From: Tubulanus polymorphus
Taxonomy: Eukaryota; Animalia; Nemertea
Assembly (NCBI RefSeq): GCF_964204645.1
Contig: NC_134033.1
Coordinates: forward strand, 9,866,655 to 9,930,654
DNA length: 64,000 nt
Direction of reading: 5' to 3'
Position numbers and translations under genes: made by a program. Under the pieces are notes generated by a model, which worked only from the letters and a program-made list of their open reading frames with translations, was not told the origin of the DNA and did no database searches. Position 1 is the first letter of the stretch, and each line of letters begins with the position of its first letter. Below, piece after piece: positions 15,301-27,688 of the stretch.

Positions 15301-18300
15301 TAATAAGTTGTTTTGAATTTAGTTATTTGTCTTTAAAAATAACTTCACTAAAATCATAGAAATTTCTTGTATGAAATCATTTTGTCCATAGACCTTGTGC
15401 AACTTTATGAAATTGCTTGATTTCTGAGGGCTTTACAATTAGGATTGTTATTGAATTTCAGAATTTATTTCATTTTATTGCAATTCTTTTGTATAAATAT
15501 GCTCTACTAAGGTTTCTCTAACAATATTATTTGTATGGGTATGAGTTACCCTTAATCAAAACTTATTTCTTATCCAAGGACCTGTGCATCTTTCTGGCGG
15601 GAATACAGTTTTCCTGAATAATGTACAAACTCGAACGGTTCAAACAATTCTTTTCATATTGAGTGGCCAGGTTTTGATATAAGGGTTTGCACCTATTCAT
15701 TGAAAAAGATATGTCTTATTTCGTTGTCTTAAACGATGTATAAGAATAATTTCTACATAACCGTATGAATCTCATGCGTTTTCTGGCTTCTATTCGATCT
15801 GTTCGAAACTTACCTACAGGTAAGTAATAAGCTATAATTCAATTTGATATAATTTGAAGTAGAAGTATTCCCAGATAGGTGGTCAAACATTTGTTCTGAG
15901 TATAGTCTGTTGCAATGCTTATATCAAGTTCGTGGAAACAGTCACTCGTCATATAAAAGATAAAATTTACCCCATGATTTCAATCAAAATCAACCAATAG
16001 GATTCTAGAACTTTTGACATTGTTTTACTCTTTCTAATGAAAATGATTCATCAGGGTAATAAGTAGTTTTAAATTTATTTATTTGTCTTTAAAACTAACT
16101 TCACTAAAATCATAGAATTTTCTCGTATGAAATCAATTTGTCCATAGACCTTGTGCAACTTTATGAAATTGCTCAATTTCTGAGGATTGTTATGAAAATA
16201 TCGGCATTAATTTCATTTTATTGCAATTCTTTTGTATCAATATCCCCTACTAAGGTATCTCTAACAATACAATTTGTATGGGTATGAGTTACCCTTAATC
16301 AAAACTTAGTTTTTATCCGAGGACCTGTGCAACTTTGGGAAGGGAATACAGTTTTCCTGAATAATATTCAAACTCGAACAGTTCAAACAATTCTCTTCAT
16401 ATTGAGTGGCCAGATTTTGATATTAGGTGTTGCACCTATTCATAGAAAAAGATATGTCTTATTTCGATGTCTTAAAAGATTTATAAGAATAATTTCTACA
16501 TAACCGTATGATTCTTATGCGTTTTCTGGCTTCTATTTGATCTGTTCGAAACTTACCTTCAGGTACGTAATACATTTTAATTCAATTTGATATCAGTTGA
16601 AGTAGAAGTATTTCAAAATAGGTGGTCAAACATTTGTTCTGAGTGTAGTAAGTTACAATGTTTATATCAAGTTCGTGGAAACAGTCACTCGTCATATAAA
16701 AGCTAACAGTTACCCCATGATTTCAATCAAAATCAACCAATAGGATTCTAGAACTTTTGACATTGTTTTACTGTTTCTAACGAAAATCATTCATCAGGGT
16801 AATAAGTTGTTTTGAATTTAGTTATTTGTCTTTAAAACTAACTTCACTTAAATCATAGAATTTTTTTGTATGAAATCATTTTGTCCATAGACCTTGTGCA
16901 ACTTTATGAAATTGCTTAATTTCTGAGGATTGTTATGAAAATATCGGAATTTATTTCATTTTTTTGCAATTCTTTTGTATAAATATGCTCTACTAAGGTT
17001 TCTCTAACAATATTATTTGTATGGGTATGAGTTACCCTTAATCAAAACTTATTTTTTATCCAAGGACCTGTACAACTTTCGGCCGGGTATACAGTTTTCC
17101 TGAATAATGTACAAACTCGAATGGTTCAAACAATTCTCTTCATATTGAGTGGCCAGATTTTGATATTAGGTGTTGCATCTATTCATAGAAAAAGATATGT
17201 CTTATTTCGATATCTCAAAAGATGTATAAGAAAAATTTCTACGTAACCGTATGAATCTTATGCGTTTTCTGGCTTCTATTTGATCTGTTCGAAACTTACC
17301 TACAGGTACGTAAAAAATTTTAATTCAATTTGATATAATTTGAAGTAGAAGTATTCCCAGATAGGTGGTCAAACATTTGTTCTGAGTATAGTCTGTTGCA
17401 ATGCTTATATCAAGTTCGTGGAAACAGTCACTCGTCATATAAAAGATAAAATTTACCCCATGATTTCAATCAAAATCAACCAATAGGATTCTAGAACTTT
17501 TGACATTGTTTTACTCTTTCTAACGAAAATGATTCATCGGGGTAATAAGTTGTTTTGAATTTAGTTATTTGTCTTTAAAACTAACTTCACTAAAATCATA
17601 GAATTTTCTTGTATGAAATCAATTTGTTCATAGACCTTGTGCAACTTTATGAAATTGCTTAATTTCTGAGGATTGCTATGAAAATATCGGAATTAATTTC
17701 ATTTTATTGCAATTCTTTTGTATCAATATCCCCTACTAAGGTATCTCTAACAATACAATTTGTATGGGTATGAGTTACCCTTAATCAAAACATATATTTT
17801 ATCCAAGGACCTGTGCAACTTTCGGGCGGGAATACAGTTTTCCTGAATAATCTACTAACTCGAACGGTTCAAACAATTCTCTTCATATTGAGTGGCCAGG
17901 TTTTGATATTAGGTGTTGCACCTATTCATAGAAAAAGATATGTCTTATTTCGATATCTCAAAAGATGTATAAGAAAAATTTCTACATAACTGTATGAATC
18001 TTATGCGTTTTCTGGCTTCTATTTGATCTGTTCGAAACTTACCTACAGGTACGTAAAAAATTTTAATTCAATTTGATATAATTTGAAGTAGAAGTATTGC
18101 CAGATAGGTGGTCAAACATTTGTTCTGAGTATAGTCTGTTGCAATGCTTATATCAAGTTCGTGGAAACAGTCACTCGGCATAAAGATAAGATTTACCCCA
18201 TGATTTCAATCAAAATCAACCAATAGGATTCTAGAACTTTTGACATTGTTTTACTCTTTCTAACGAAAATGATTCATCAGGGTAATAAGTTGTTTTGAAT

Positions 18301-21300
18301 TTAGTTATTTGTCTTTAAAACTAACTTAACTAAAATCATAGAATTTTCTCGTATAAAATCAATTTGTCCATAGACCTTGTGCAACTTTATGAAATTGCTT
18401 AATTTCTGAGGATTGTTATGAAAATATCGGAAGTAATTTCATTTTATTGCAATTCTTTTGTATCAATATCCCCTACTAAGGTATCTCTAACAATACAATT
18501 TGTATGGGTATGAGTTACCCTTAATCAAAACTTAGTTTTTATCCGAGGACCTGTGCAACTTTGGGAAGGGAAAACAGTTTTCCTGAATAATATTCAAACT
18601 CGAACAGTTCAAACAATTCTCTTCATATTGAGTGGCCAGATTTTGATATTAGGTGTTGCACCTATTCATAGAAAAAGATATGTCTCATTTCGATGTCTTA
18701 AAAGATTTATAAGAATAATTTCTACATAACCGTATGATTCTTATGCGTTTTCTGGCTTCTATTTGATCTGTTCGAAACTTACCTTCAGGTACGTAATACA
18801 TTTTAATTCAATTTGATATCAGTTGAAGTAGAAGTATTTCCAAATAGGTGGTCAAACATTTGTTCTGAGTGTAGTCAGTTGCAATGTTTATATCAAGTTC
18901 GTGGAAACAAGTCACTCATCATATAAAAGATAAAATTTACCCCATGATTCCATTCAAAATCAACCAATAGGATTCTAGGACTTTTGACATTGTTTTACTG
19001 TTTCTAAAGAAAATGATTCATCAGGGTAATAAGTTTTTTTTAATTCAATTATTTGTCTTTAAAACTAACTTCACTAAAATCATAGAATTTTCCATCAATT
19101 CAATCAATTTGTCCATAGACCTTGTGCAACTTCATGAAATTGCTTAAATTCTGAGGATTGTTATGAAAATATCGAAATTTATTTCATTTTATTGCAATTC
19201 TTTTGTATCAATATCCCCTACTAAGGTATCTCTAACAATACAATTTGTATGGGTATGAGTTACCCTTAATCAAAACTTAGTTTTTATCCGAGGACCTGTG
19301 CAACTTTGGGAAGGGAATACAGTTTTCCTGAATAATATTCAAACTCTAAGGGTTCAAACAATTCTCTTCATATTGAGTGGCCAGATTTTGATATTAGGTG
19401 TTGCATCTATTCATAGAAAAAGATATGTCTTATTTCGATGTCTTAAAAGATGTATAAGAAAAATTTCTACATAACCGTATGAATCTCATGCGTTTTCTGG
19501 CTTCTATTTGATCTGTTCGAAACTTACCTACAGGTACGTAAAAAATTTTAATTCAATTTGATATAATTTGAAGTAGAAGTATTCCCATATAGGTGGTCAA
19601 ACATTTGTTCTGAGTATAGTCAGTTGCAATGCTTATATCAAGTTCGTGGAAACAGTCACTCGTCATAAAGATAAGATTTACCCCATGATTTCAATCAAAA
19701 TCAACCAATAGGATTCTAGAACTTTTGACATTGTTTTACTCTTTCTAATGAAAATGATTCATCAGGGTAATAAGTTGTTTTGAATTTAGTTATTTGTCTT
19801 TAAAAATAACTTCACTAAAATCATAGAAATTTCGTGTATGAAATCATTTTGTCCATAGACCTTGTGCAACTTTATGAAATTGCTTAATTTCTGAGGGCTT
19901 TACAATTAGGATTGTTATTTAATTTCAGAATTTATTTCATTTTATTGCAATTCTTTTGTATAAATATGCTCTACTAAGGTTTCTCTAACAATACAATTTG
20001 TATGGGTATGAGTTACCCTTAATCAAAACTTATTTCTTATCCAAGGACCTGTGCATCTTTCTGGCGGGAATACAGTTTTCCTGAATAATGTACAAACTCG
20101 AACGGTTCAAACAATTCTTTTCATATTGAGTGGCCAGGTTTTGATATAAGGGTTTGCACCTATTCATTGAAAAAGATATGTCTTATTTCGTTGTCTTAAA
20201 CGATGTATAAGAATAATTTCTACATAACCATATGAATCTCATGCGTTTTCTGGCTTCTATTTGATCAGTTCGAAACTTACCTACAGGTAAGTAATAAGCT
20301 ATAATTCAATTTGATATAATTTGAAGTAGAAGTATTCCCAGATAGGTGGTCAAACATTTGTTCTGAGTATAGTCTGTTGCAATGCTTATATCAAGTTCGT
20401 GGAAACAGTCACTCGTCATATAAAAGATAAAATTTACCCCATGATTTCAATCAAAATCAACCAATAGGATTCTAGAACTTTTGACATTGTTTTACTCTTT
20501 CTAACGAAAATGATTCATCAGGGTAATAAGTAGTTTTGAATTTATTTATTTGTCTTTAAAACTAACTTCACTAAAATCATAGAATTTTCTTGTATGAAAT
20601 CAATTTGTCCATAGACCTTGTGCAACTTTTATGAAATTGCTTAATTTCTGAGGATTGTTATGAAAATATCGGCATTAATTTCATTTTATTGCAATTCTTT
20701 TGTATCAATATCCCCTACTAAGGTATCTCTAACAATACAATTTGTATGGGTATGAGTTACCCTTAATCAAAACTTATTTTTTATCCAAGGACCTGTGCAA
20801 CTTTGGGAAGGGAATACAGTTTTCCTGAATAATATTCAAACTCGAATGGTTCAAACAATTCTCTTTATATTGAGTGGCCAGATTTTGATATTAGGTATTG
20901 CACCTATTCATAGAAAAAGATATGTCTTATTTCGATGTCTTAAAAGATTTATAAGAATAATTTCTACATAACCGTATGATTCTTATACGTTTTCTGGCTT
21001 CTATTTGATCTGTTCGAAACTTACCTACAGGTACGCAATAAATTTTAATTCAATTTGATATAATTTGAAGTAGAAGTATTCCCAGATACGTGGTCAAACA
21101 TTTGTTCTGATTATAGTCATTTGCAATGCTTATATCAAGTTCGTGGAAATAGTTACTCATCATATAAGAAATAAACATTTACCCCATGATTTCAATCAAA
21201 ATCAACCAATAGGATTCTAGAACTTTTGACATTGTTTTACTCTTTCTAACGAAAATGATTCATCAGGGTAATAAGTTATTTTGAATTTAGTTATTTGTCT

Positions 21301-23220
21301 TTAAAACTAATTTCACTAAAAACATAGAATTTTCTTCTACGAAATCATTTTGTCCATGGACCTTGTGCAACTTTATGAAATTGCTCAATTTCTGAGGGCT
21401 TTACAATTAGGATTGTTATTGAATTTCGGAATTTATTTCATTTTATTGCAATTCTTTTGTATAGATATGCTTTACTAAGGTTTCTCTAACAATACAATTT
21501 GTATGGGTATGAGTTACCCTTAATCAAAACTTATTTTTTATCCAAGGACCTGTGCATCTTTCTGGCGGGAATACAGTTTTCCTGAATAATGTACAAACTC
21601 GAACAGTTCAAACAATTCTCTTCATATTGAGTGAAGAGGTTTTGATATAAGGGTTTGCACCTATTCATAGAAAAAGATATGTCTTATTTCGTTGTCTTAA
21701 ACGATGTATAAGAAAAATTTCTACATAACCGTATGAATCTTATGCGTTTTCTGGCTTCTATTTGATCTGTTCGAAATTTACCTACAGGTAAGTAATAAGC
21801 TATAATTCAATTTGATATAATTTGAAGTAGAAGTATTCCCAGATAGGTGGTCAAACATTTTTTCTGAGTATAGTCACTTGCAATGCTTTAAACAAGTTCG
21901 TTGAAACAAGTCACTCGTCATATAAAAGATAAGAGTTACCCCATGATTTCATTCAAAATCAACTACATTGCAATTCTTTTGTATGGATATGCTCAACTAA
22001 GATATCTCTAAGAATACAATTTGTATGGGTATGAGTTACCCTTAATCAAAACTTATTTTTTATCCAAGGACCTGTGCAACTTTCGGGCGGGAATACAGTT
22101 TTCCTGAATAATGTACAAACTCAAACGGTTCAAACGATTCTCTTCATATTGGGTGGCCAGGTTTTGATATAAGGTGTTGCACCTATTCATAGAAAAAGAT
22201 ATGTGTTATTTCGATGTCTAAAAAGATGTATAAGAAAAATGTCTACATAACCGTATGAATCTGATGCGTGTTCTGGCTTCTATTTGATCTGTTCGAAACT
22301 TACCTACAAGTACGTAATACATTTTAATTCAATTTGATATCAGTTGAAGTAGAAGTATTTCCAAATAGGTGGTCAAACATTTGTTCTGAGTGTAGTCAGT
22401 TGCAATGTTTATATCAAGTTCGTGGAAACAAGTCACTCATCATATAAAAGATAAAAGTTACCCCATGATTCCATTCAAAATCAACCAATAGGATTCTAGG
22501 ACTTTTGACATTGTTTTACTGTTTCTAAAGAAAATGATTCATCAGGGTAATAAGTTTTTTTGAATTCAATTATTTGTCTTTAAAACTAACTTCACAAAAA
22601 TCATAGAATTTTCCATCAATTCAATCAATTTGTCCATAGACCTTGTGCAACTTCATGAAATTGCTTAATTTCTGCTTTACAATTAGGATTGTTTTTGGAA
22701 TATCGGAATTTATTTCATTTTATTCCAATTCATTTGTATCAATGTCTTCTACTGAGGTTTCTGTAATAATCTAAGGACCTGTGGAACTTTCGAATGGGAA
22801 TACAATTTTTCGAATAATGTCCAAATTCCACAGTTCAATCAATTCTCTTCATATTGAGTGACCAGATTCCGAAGTAAGGTGTTGTTCCTATTCAAAGGAA
22901 AAAGATCTGTCTCATTTCATTGATAATGTATATATTTGATCTGTTCGAAACTTACCCACATGTACATGATAAGTTTACATTCAATTTGATATAATTTTGA
23001 GTATAAGTATTTTCAAATAGGTGGTCAAACATTTGTTCTAAGCATAGTCATAAAGTTCATGGAAATAGTCACCCCTTAAATAAAATAAACGATTTGCTCT
23101 ACGATTTCAACCAAAATTAACCGATCGATTTCTAGAACTTCTCACATTGTTTTACTCTTCAAACAGAAGACGATTTATCAGGTATTTGCCCTATGGACTC
23201 AATTATTTATTTGACTAAAT
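330..23220. repeat. Tandem satellite array, ~740-757-bp monomer, about 31 copies
   Basis: Landmark motifs (GAAACTTACCTACAGGTAC, CAATCAAAATCAACCAATAGGATTCTAG, GACCTTGTGCAACTTTATGAAATTG) recur every ~750 bp, e.g. CAGGTACG at ~837, 1580, 2337, 3093. The first and last copies are the most diverged, and one copy has an internal deletion near 21965. The three minus-strand frames I translated are full of stops, and the ORF track shows only two short ORFs. Confidence 0.98.
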
Positions 23221-23282
23221 TTTTCATGGAAGCCGAGTATCAGAATATAATTAGTTGATCCATTCATATATTAAATCAGTAC

Positions 23283-23487
23283 GATTGGTAGAACACTATA
23301 TCCGTGTTGACGCGATGAGGAGAGAGTCCCACAATGATAATAAAAAGTCCGAAAATGAAACTTCGAGATAGTAGTTTCATTATTCCTGAAGATGACTATT
23401 AGGATATAGTCGAAACGTTGAAATAAACTACTATCTCGAAGTTTCATTTTCGGACTTTTTATTATCATTGTGGGATTCTCTCCTCAT
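23283..23487 (+). mobile_element. Short Penelope-like / retrozyme-like insertion with inverted arms
   Basis: Flanked by the direct repeat ATTAAATCAGTAC (23270-23282 and 23486-23498). Has 63-bp inverted arms at 23315-23377 and 23425-23487 (one mismatch) around a hammerhead-like core. Confidence 0.65.
23371..23432 (+). ncRNA. Putative minimal type I hammerhead ribozyme
   Basis: CTGAAGA core box at 23386-23392, stem II GACTAT/ATAGTC with a 6-nt loop, GAAA box, palindromic mini-stem III (ACGT), and flanks able to form stem I. Confidence 0.65.
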
Positions 23488-23788
23488 TAAATCAGTACAT
23501 TTTTACCAAATTCTTATTTCCGGGTTTATTCTTTTAAATTAATTAGGATCGGTTAGGTCTCTTAACCTTTTTTGTCTAAACCTGTTTTTTTTTCTCAAGA
23601 AATACAAATTCTCGATCATAATGAACTTATATCATGCAGAGTGAAGAGCAGTGCTTTGATTTTTCAATGCTTCATTATTGAAATTTGATTGCATTTGATA
23701 TACTTGTAAACTCTTCTATGCATGCTGAAATTCTGAATATTATGTATTTGTCAAAGTTACACAGGGCCTATTTGTCAGAACACATTTT

Positions 23789-23862
23789 CAAAGTTGCAGA
23801 AGGATTGAATTTTGAAGTTGCAGAAGGCCAAAGTTGCAGAAGGTCTAAAAGTTGCAGAAGGC
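23789..23862. repeat. Four short direct repeats AAGTTGCAGAAGG
   Basis: The 13-bp motif occurs four times with short, variable spacers. Confidence 0.85.
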
Positions 23863-25087
23863 CTGTTCGTCTGTAGTAGCGTTCGTCCGTCCGTAGACGG
23901 AATCCAGTTATTTTGGGAAGTTTTGAAGACGCTTCAAGGTAATGTCTTGATATTTGGTTTGTACATGTATCTACCCTAGACACATCTCCAGCCCAAAAAC
24001 TGGCCCTGTCAGATTCAAGATGGCCGACTGGCAGCCATTGTTGTTCGCCAAAATCAGCACTTTTTACACATTTTCGAAGTTTACGAGGGAAATTTTGAAG
24101 ACGCTTTGATCAATTACCTTGATCTTTCGATTATATTTGAATCTACCAAGGGCCCATCAGCATAAGAAAAATTGGGTCCATCTGACTCAAGATGGCCGTC
24201 CGATGACCTTTTTAGTGCCCAAAAATGTCAAATTTGGCCAGAATTCTAGGTCCTGTAGCTTCCTACTGGTTTGCCATTACTCATTGCAATTTGTGATGGG
24301 TATTCTTTGTAAAGGGATGTTTTACACCTGAGACAGGTATTTTTGATCCGCCAATTTTGATGCAATTGGCGGCCATCTTGGTGTCATTAGTACTTATTTG
24401 TAGGTGGGAAAAAGTTTTTCGACATTATATTGATACCTAAGCATATTTTGCTACAACAATGAATTAGAAAGTTGTAGCGTATAACGTGTTCTATGATTGG
24501 GGTGAGTTTCAAGTTCATTGGTTTTTTATATGGCCACCAGGGGGCGTTGAATAATACAATATCTTAGTATTTCTATATTATATTTGTACCAATACATATT
24601 TTGTTACCGCAATCAATTGCAAAGTTGTAGCTCATGACATCTTCCATGATTATGGTGAGTTTTAAGGACATTAGTTAATGTATATGGTCACAAGGGGGCG
24701 TTGAATAGTAGAATAACCTGGTATTTCCTTATCATATTGGTACCTAGGCATATTTTGTTACCATCATCAATTGCAAAGTTGTAGTTCATGACATGTTCTA
24801 TGAATATGGTGAGTTACAAGGTTATTGGGTTTTGAATATGGTCACCAGGGGGCGTTGAATAGTAGAATAACTTAGTATTTCCATATTAAATTGTCAACGA
24901 GGCATTGTTTGTTATCACAATCAATTACAAAATCGTAGCTGCTAACATGTTTTATGATTGTATTGAGTTTCAAGGTCATCGGTGGTTTTTATATGGTCAC
25001 CTGAGGGCGTTGAATATTGAAATTGTTTGATTGTTGAGCATTTGAAACCACTTCCCAAGTGGGCATGGTGCCCCTGGACCCCTAGTT
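23860..25087 (+). mobile_element. Non-autonomous Helitron/Helentron-type (HINE-like) element with internal ~154-bp tandem repeats
   Basis: GTCC microsatellite near the 5' end (TTCGTCCGTCCGT), about four 154-bp repeats (GGGGCGTTGAATA at ~24541, 24695, 24849, 25003), and a 3' hairpin GGGCATGGTGCCC followed by ...CCCCTAGTT. The 5' boundary is approximate. Confidence 0.6.
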
Positions 25088-25900
25088 TAAGTGAAGACAA
25101 TACTGTTCAATTACGTCTACTAAACTGATTACTTCTAACTTTATTTTAGCCCATGGCATACTATTTAGAAACTGCTGTCCTACGATTGTGTCACGAATCT
25201 GTTGGGTGAGTGAAGTTAGTTTTGACTCCGATAGATTATCGAGATTTCTTTTCCTGTGCTTGTGATTTTTAGGTAAATTGAAACCAGAAAATCGTTTTCT
25301 GAAAACTGCAGGCACCTGGTTTCAAATTGCCAAAACCGATTCAATTTTTCCATACTGACCATCAAGGTAAAATAGCAAATCACAAATTTTTATGACGAAT
25401 GAAGTGCCTGCTTGCCCGCTATTGGGTGGAAACCTGCATGATTTCCCCTCAAAATATGTTAGTACTTCATTTGAAAAACGTTTGTACGCACTTTTGGGAT
25501 CCAATACTTTTTGAGGCAAGTCCTTGCCAACAGCTTCTCTGGCAGAAGCCATAAGCAAGTTACATGCATTTGGTAATTGTGTTGGCTCTGGAGGTTGCTG
25601 GCAAGCATTACAGTCTACTTGATGCTTAACAGGTATTGTGAAAAACCGCATTCCAAATGTCTCTATAATATCAATTATTTCACTCTCCGGGTCTGCCGAT
25701 ATGCTATTGTCATGCGTCGTGGTGGAACTCGCCTTGGCATCAGTGATATTATATTGACAGGGGAGGTTTACTAAGCCAGCAAACTCATTCCATAACTGTA
25801 GAGTGGTATAGCAATCATGGTCCTCAATTATAAAGAATTTCCACGAAGCCAATACTTTACCATCATCGCCAATGGCCATAACAGCCACTGTTTTGGTCAT
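25082..25900 (-). pseudogene. N-terminal part of a putative (Zator-like) transposase, one internal stop, 3' truncated
   Basis: About 270 codons of protein-like sequence starting MTKTVAV after a TTTTCTTTCTTTGCCAG acceptor. No catalytic domain is present. The family assignment rests on recalled similarity. Confidence 0.5.
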
Positions 25901-26854
25901 CAGATTTGCAACAAAAAAATCTGGCAAAGAAAGAAAATTCATTAGAAAAATATCTATAAATCTGTTTTCTTGAAAATCTATAGGGGCCTATAATAATTGA
26001 TATTTTCTTCTTTCCAGGGAAAAGAAGAAAAGAAGTCATAAGCTTGTTTAACTGTTACCAGTTTGTAAAAAAAAAATTCAGAGCCAAGTGCATAGTTACT
26101 TTAAAATGTTTTTTAGCATGAAAAAAAAAGTAATCAAAAACAAATGTATTTATGTGTGGTGTTTAATTATTTGAATTGAATAAAGAAAAAATTAGAATTT
26201 TTGTAAGAAAATTCAGTCAATTAGTATTAGTTCAGTCTCTAGTACTAATTCAGTCTCAATTAGTATTATTGTATTATGAAAAGTAGAAATCCACTGAAAA
26301 ATAAATTGGCTGATATGTGGGATTCGAACACAATTGCTTAGAGCATGGAGAAAGGTCAAGGTCGTATGTTAATGCGAAGATACAGACGAATCTTGATAAC
26401 ATTTATAATCAGTACGAAAAAACATATATGCACTAACCATTCATGTTTTAAAAACATCTACTAAGCAAGAAAATAGTATTTCATTTGTGATTGCCAAGCT
26501 TTATATCAACTTTTCATTTTTTTAATGTCAATATAAGAGGAAAATCTTACCTTATTTCAAAAAATGATAGATCGTCGACCTATTTCCGGTTTTGAGATCT
26601 GCACCGTGATTGGTTGTTGTGAAACAATATCTAGCCAATAGCAGCTCACGACACAACCAACGATTAGTACCGTGTACTCGTTAGCGATAAAAACACTATA
26701 TATCATGAAATCAGAAGCCTGACACATAAAAATCGCGAAACATATTTTATTGCTATGAATAATGAAAATTTCGACAGATAATGAAATTTTTTAGCGGGTC
26801 TTCTTTCTATATGCGGGCGGTGGACGCAAATCTAATACTTTCATTCTCGTGGCC
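25082..26854 (-). mobile_element. 5' half of a DNA transposon, probably Zator
   Basis: The minus-strand terminus reads TTA-GGCCACGAG...CCGCCCGC (TWA + GG, Zator-like). There are CCAAT boxes at ~26610-26640 and a GT-AG intron at ~25921-26550. ORFs 25322-25942 and 25082-25315 are in frame across one stop (LLFYLDGQ...GFNLPKNHKHRK). The 3' part is cut off at the Helitron-type end. Confidence 0.5.
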
Positions 26855-27366
26855 TAACGTGACTTGACCCTCATAAAAATCCATTTACCCTTGGTTAAAG
26901 AAGATAACAGCTAGTCGATACGGCCTTGAAATTTAGTATAAATAGATAGTTTACCGTGTTGGTAAAACCGAAAAGTGAACGAAAGTCGTGCAGACTTTTC
27001 CTGTGCTACGACTAACCAGCTCGGTCAACACTCCAAAAACTCTGCCCTGGTAATTTGTTTCCCAAGATCCTTCAGTAGAAATAGTTCTAGGTCACGAAAT
27101 AGGTCCAGAAACATTGTTAAAAGAAAAGTCGAATTATACTCTGATTACCCTATAAAAGTACCCACATTGTCATTGACACAAATTTTAGCCATCTCAAGGT
27201 ATATATCTCAAGTTAAGACTTAACTAAAAGTGTTAACGTAATTGAAATTTCCAGAATGAAAACACAATCTTTTACAATTTGTAACATCCTATCACTTTAA
27301 ACTACCCTAAACTACCGAATTAAATATATACACCTATGTTTAATAATTGAAATTTCTACTCAGGGT

Positions 27367-27516
27367 TGTTTCGTGTCGTCCTCTATATCAATTAAATCAG
27401 TCAAAACGAGAGAGATTAATTCGAACACGTTTATTCTAAGCAACCACCATTTTATAAAGTAATTCTCAAGCGCCATCTGGCGGTACAAAATACAATTAGA
27501 TATACATATTGTAACA
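27367..27516 (-). repeat. 3' LTR (150 bp)
   Basis: Matches 31777-31916 except for one replaced segment. It carries AATAAA on the minus strand and lies next to the PPT (27517-27527). Confidence 0.95.
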
Positions 27517-27688
27517 TCCCTTTTCCTATAAAAAGAAAAAAAAACTTGTTTTCCTAAAACTACTTTCAAAAGATGCATACATGTATATAGCTAACTAATT
27601 ACTAAAACTAATTAAAATGATACATAATATTATATGTGATTCAGTACAACATTACAAGATTGCGATTAGTATCTGTTTCTCTTCAGAG

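Noticed and set aside
330-23220. CRISPR array or rDNA/snRNA tandem cluster
   Set aside because: There is no repeat-spacer structure and no rRNA or 5S similarity. ACTTACCT matches only the first bases of U1, without the rest of the gene.
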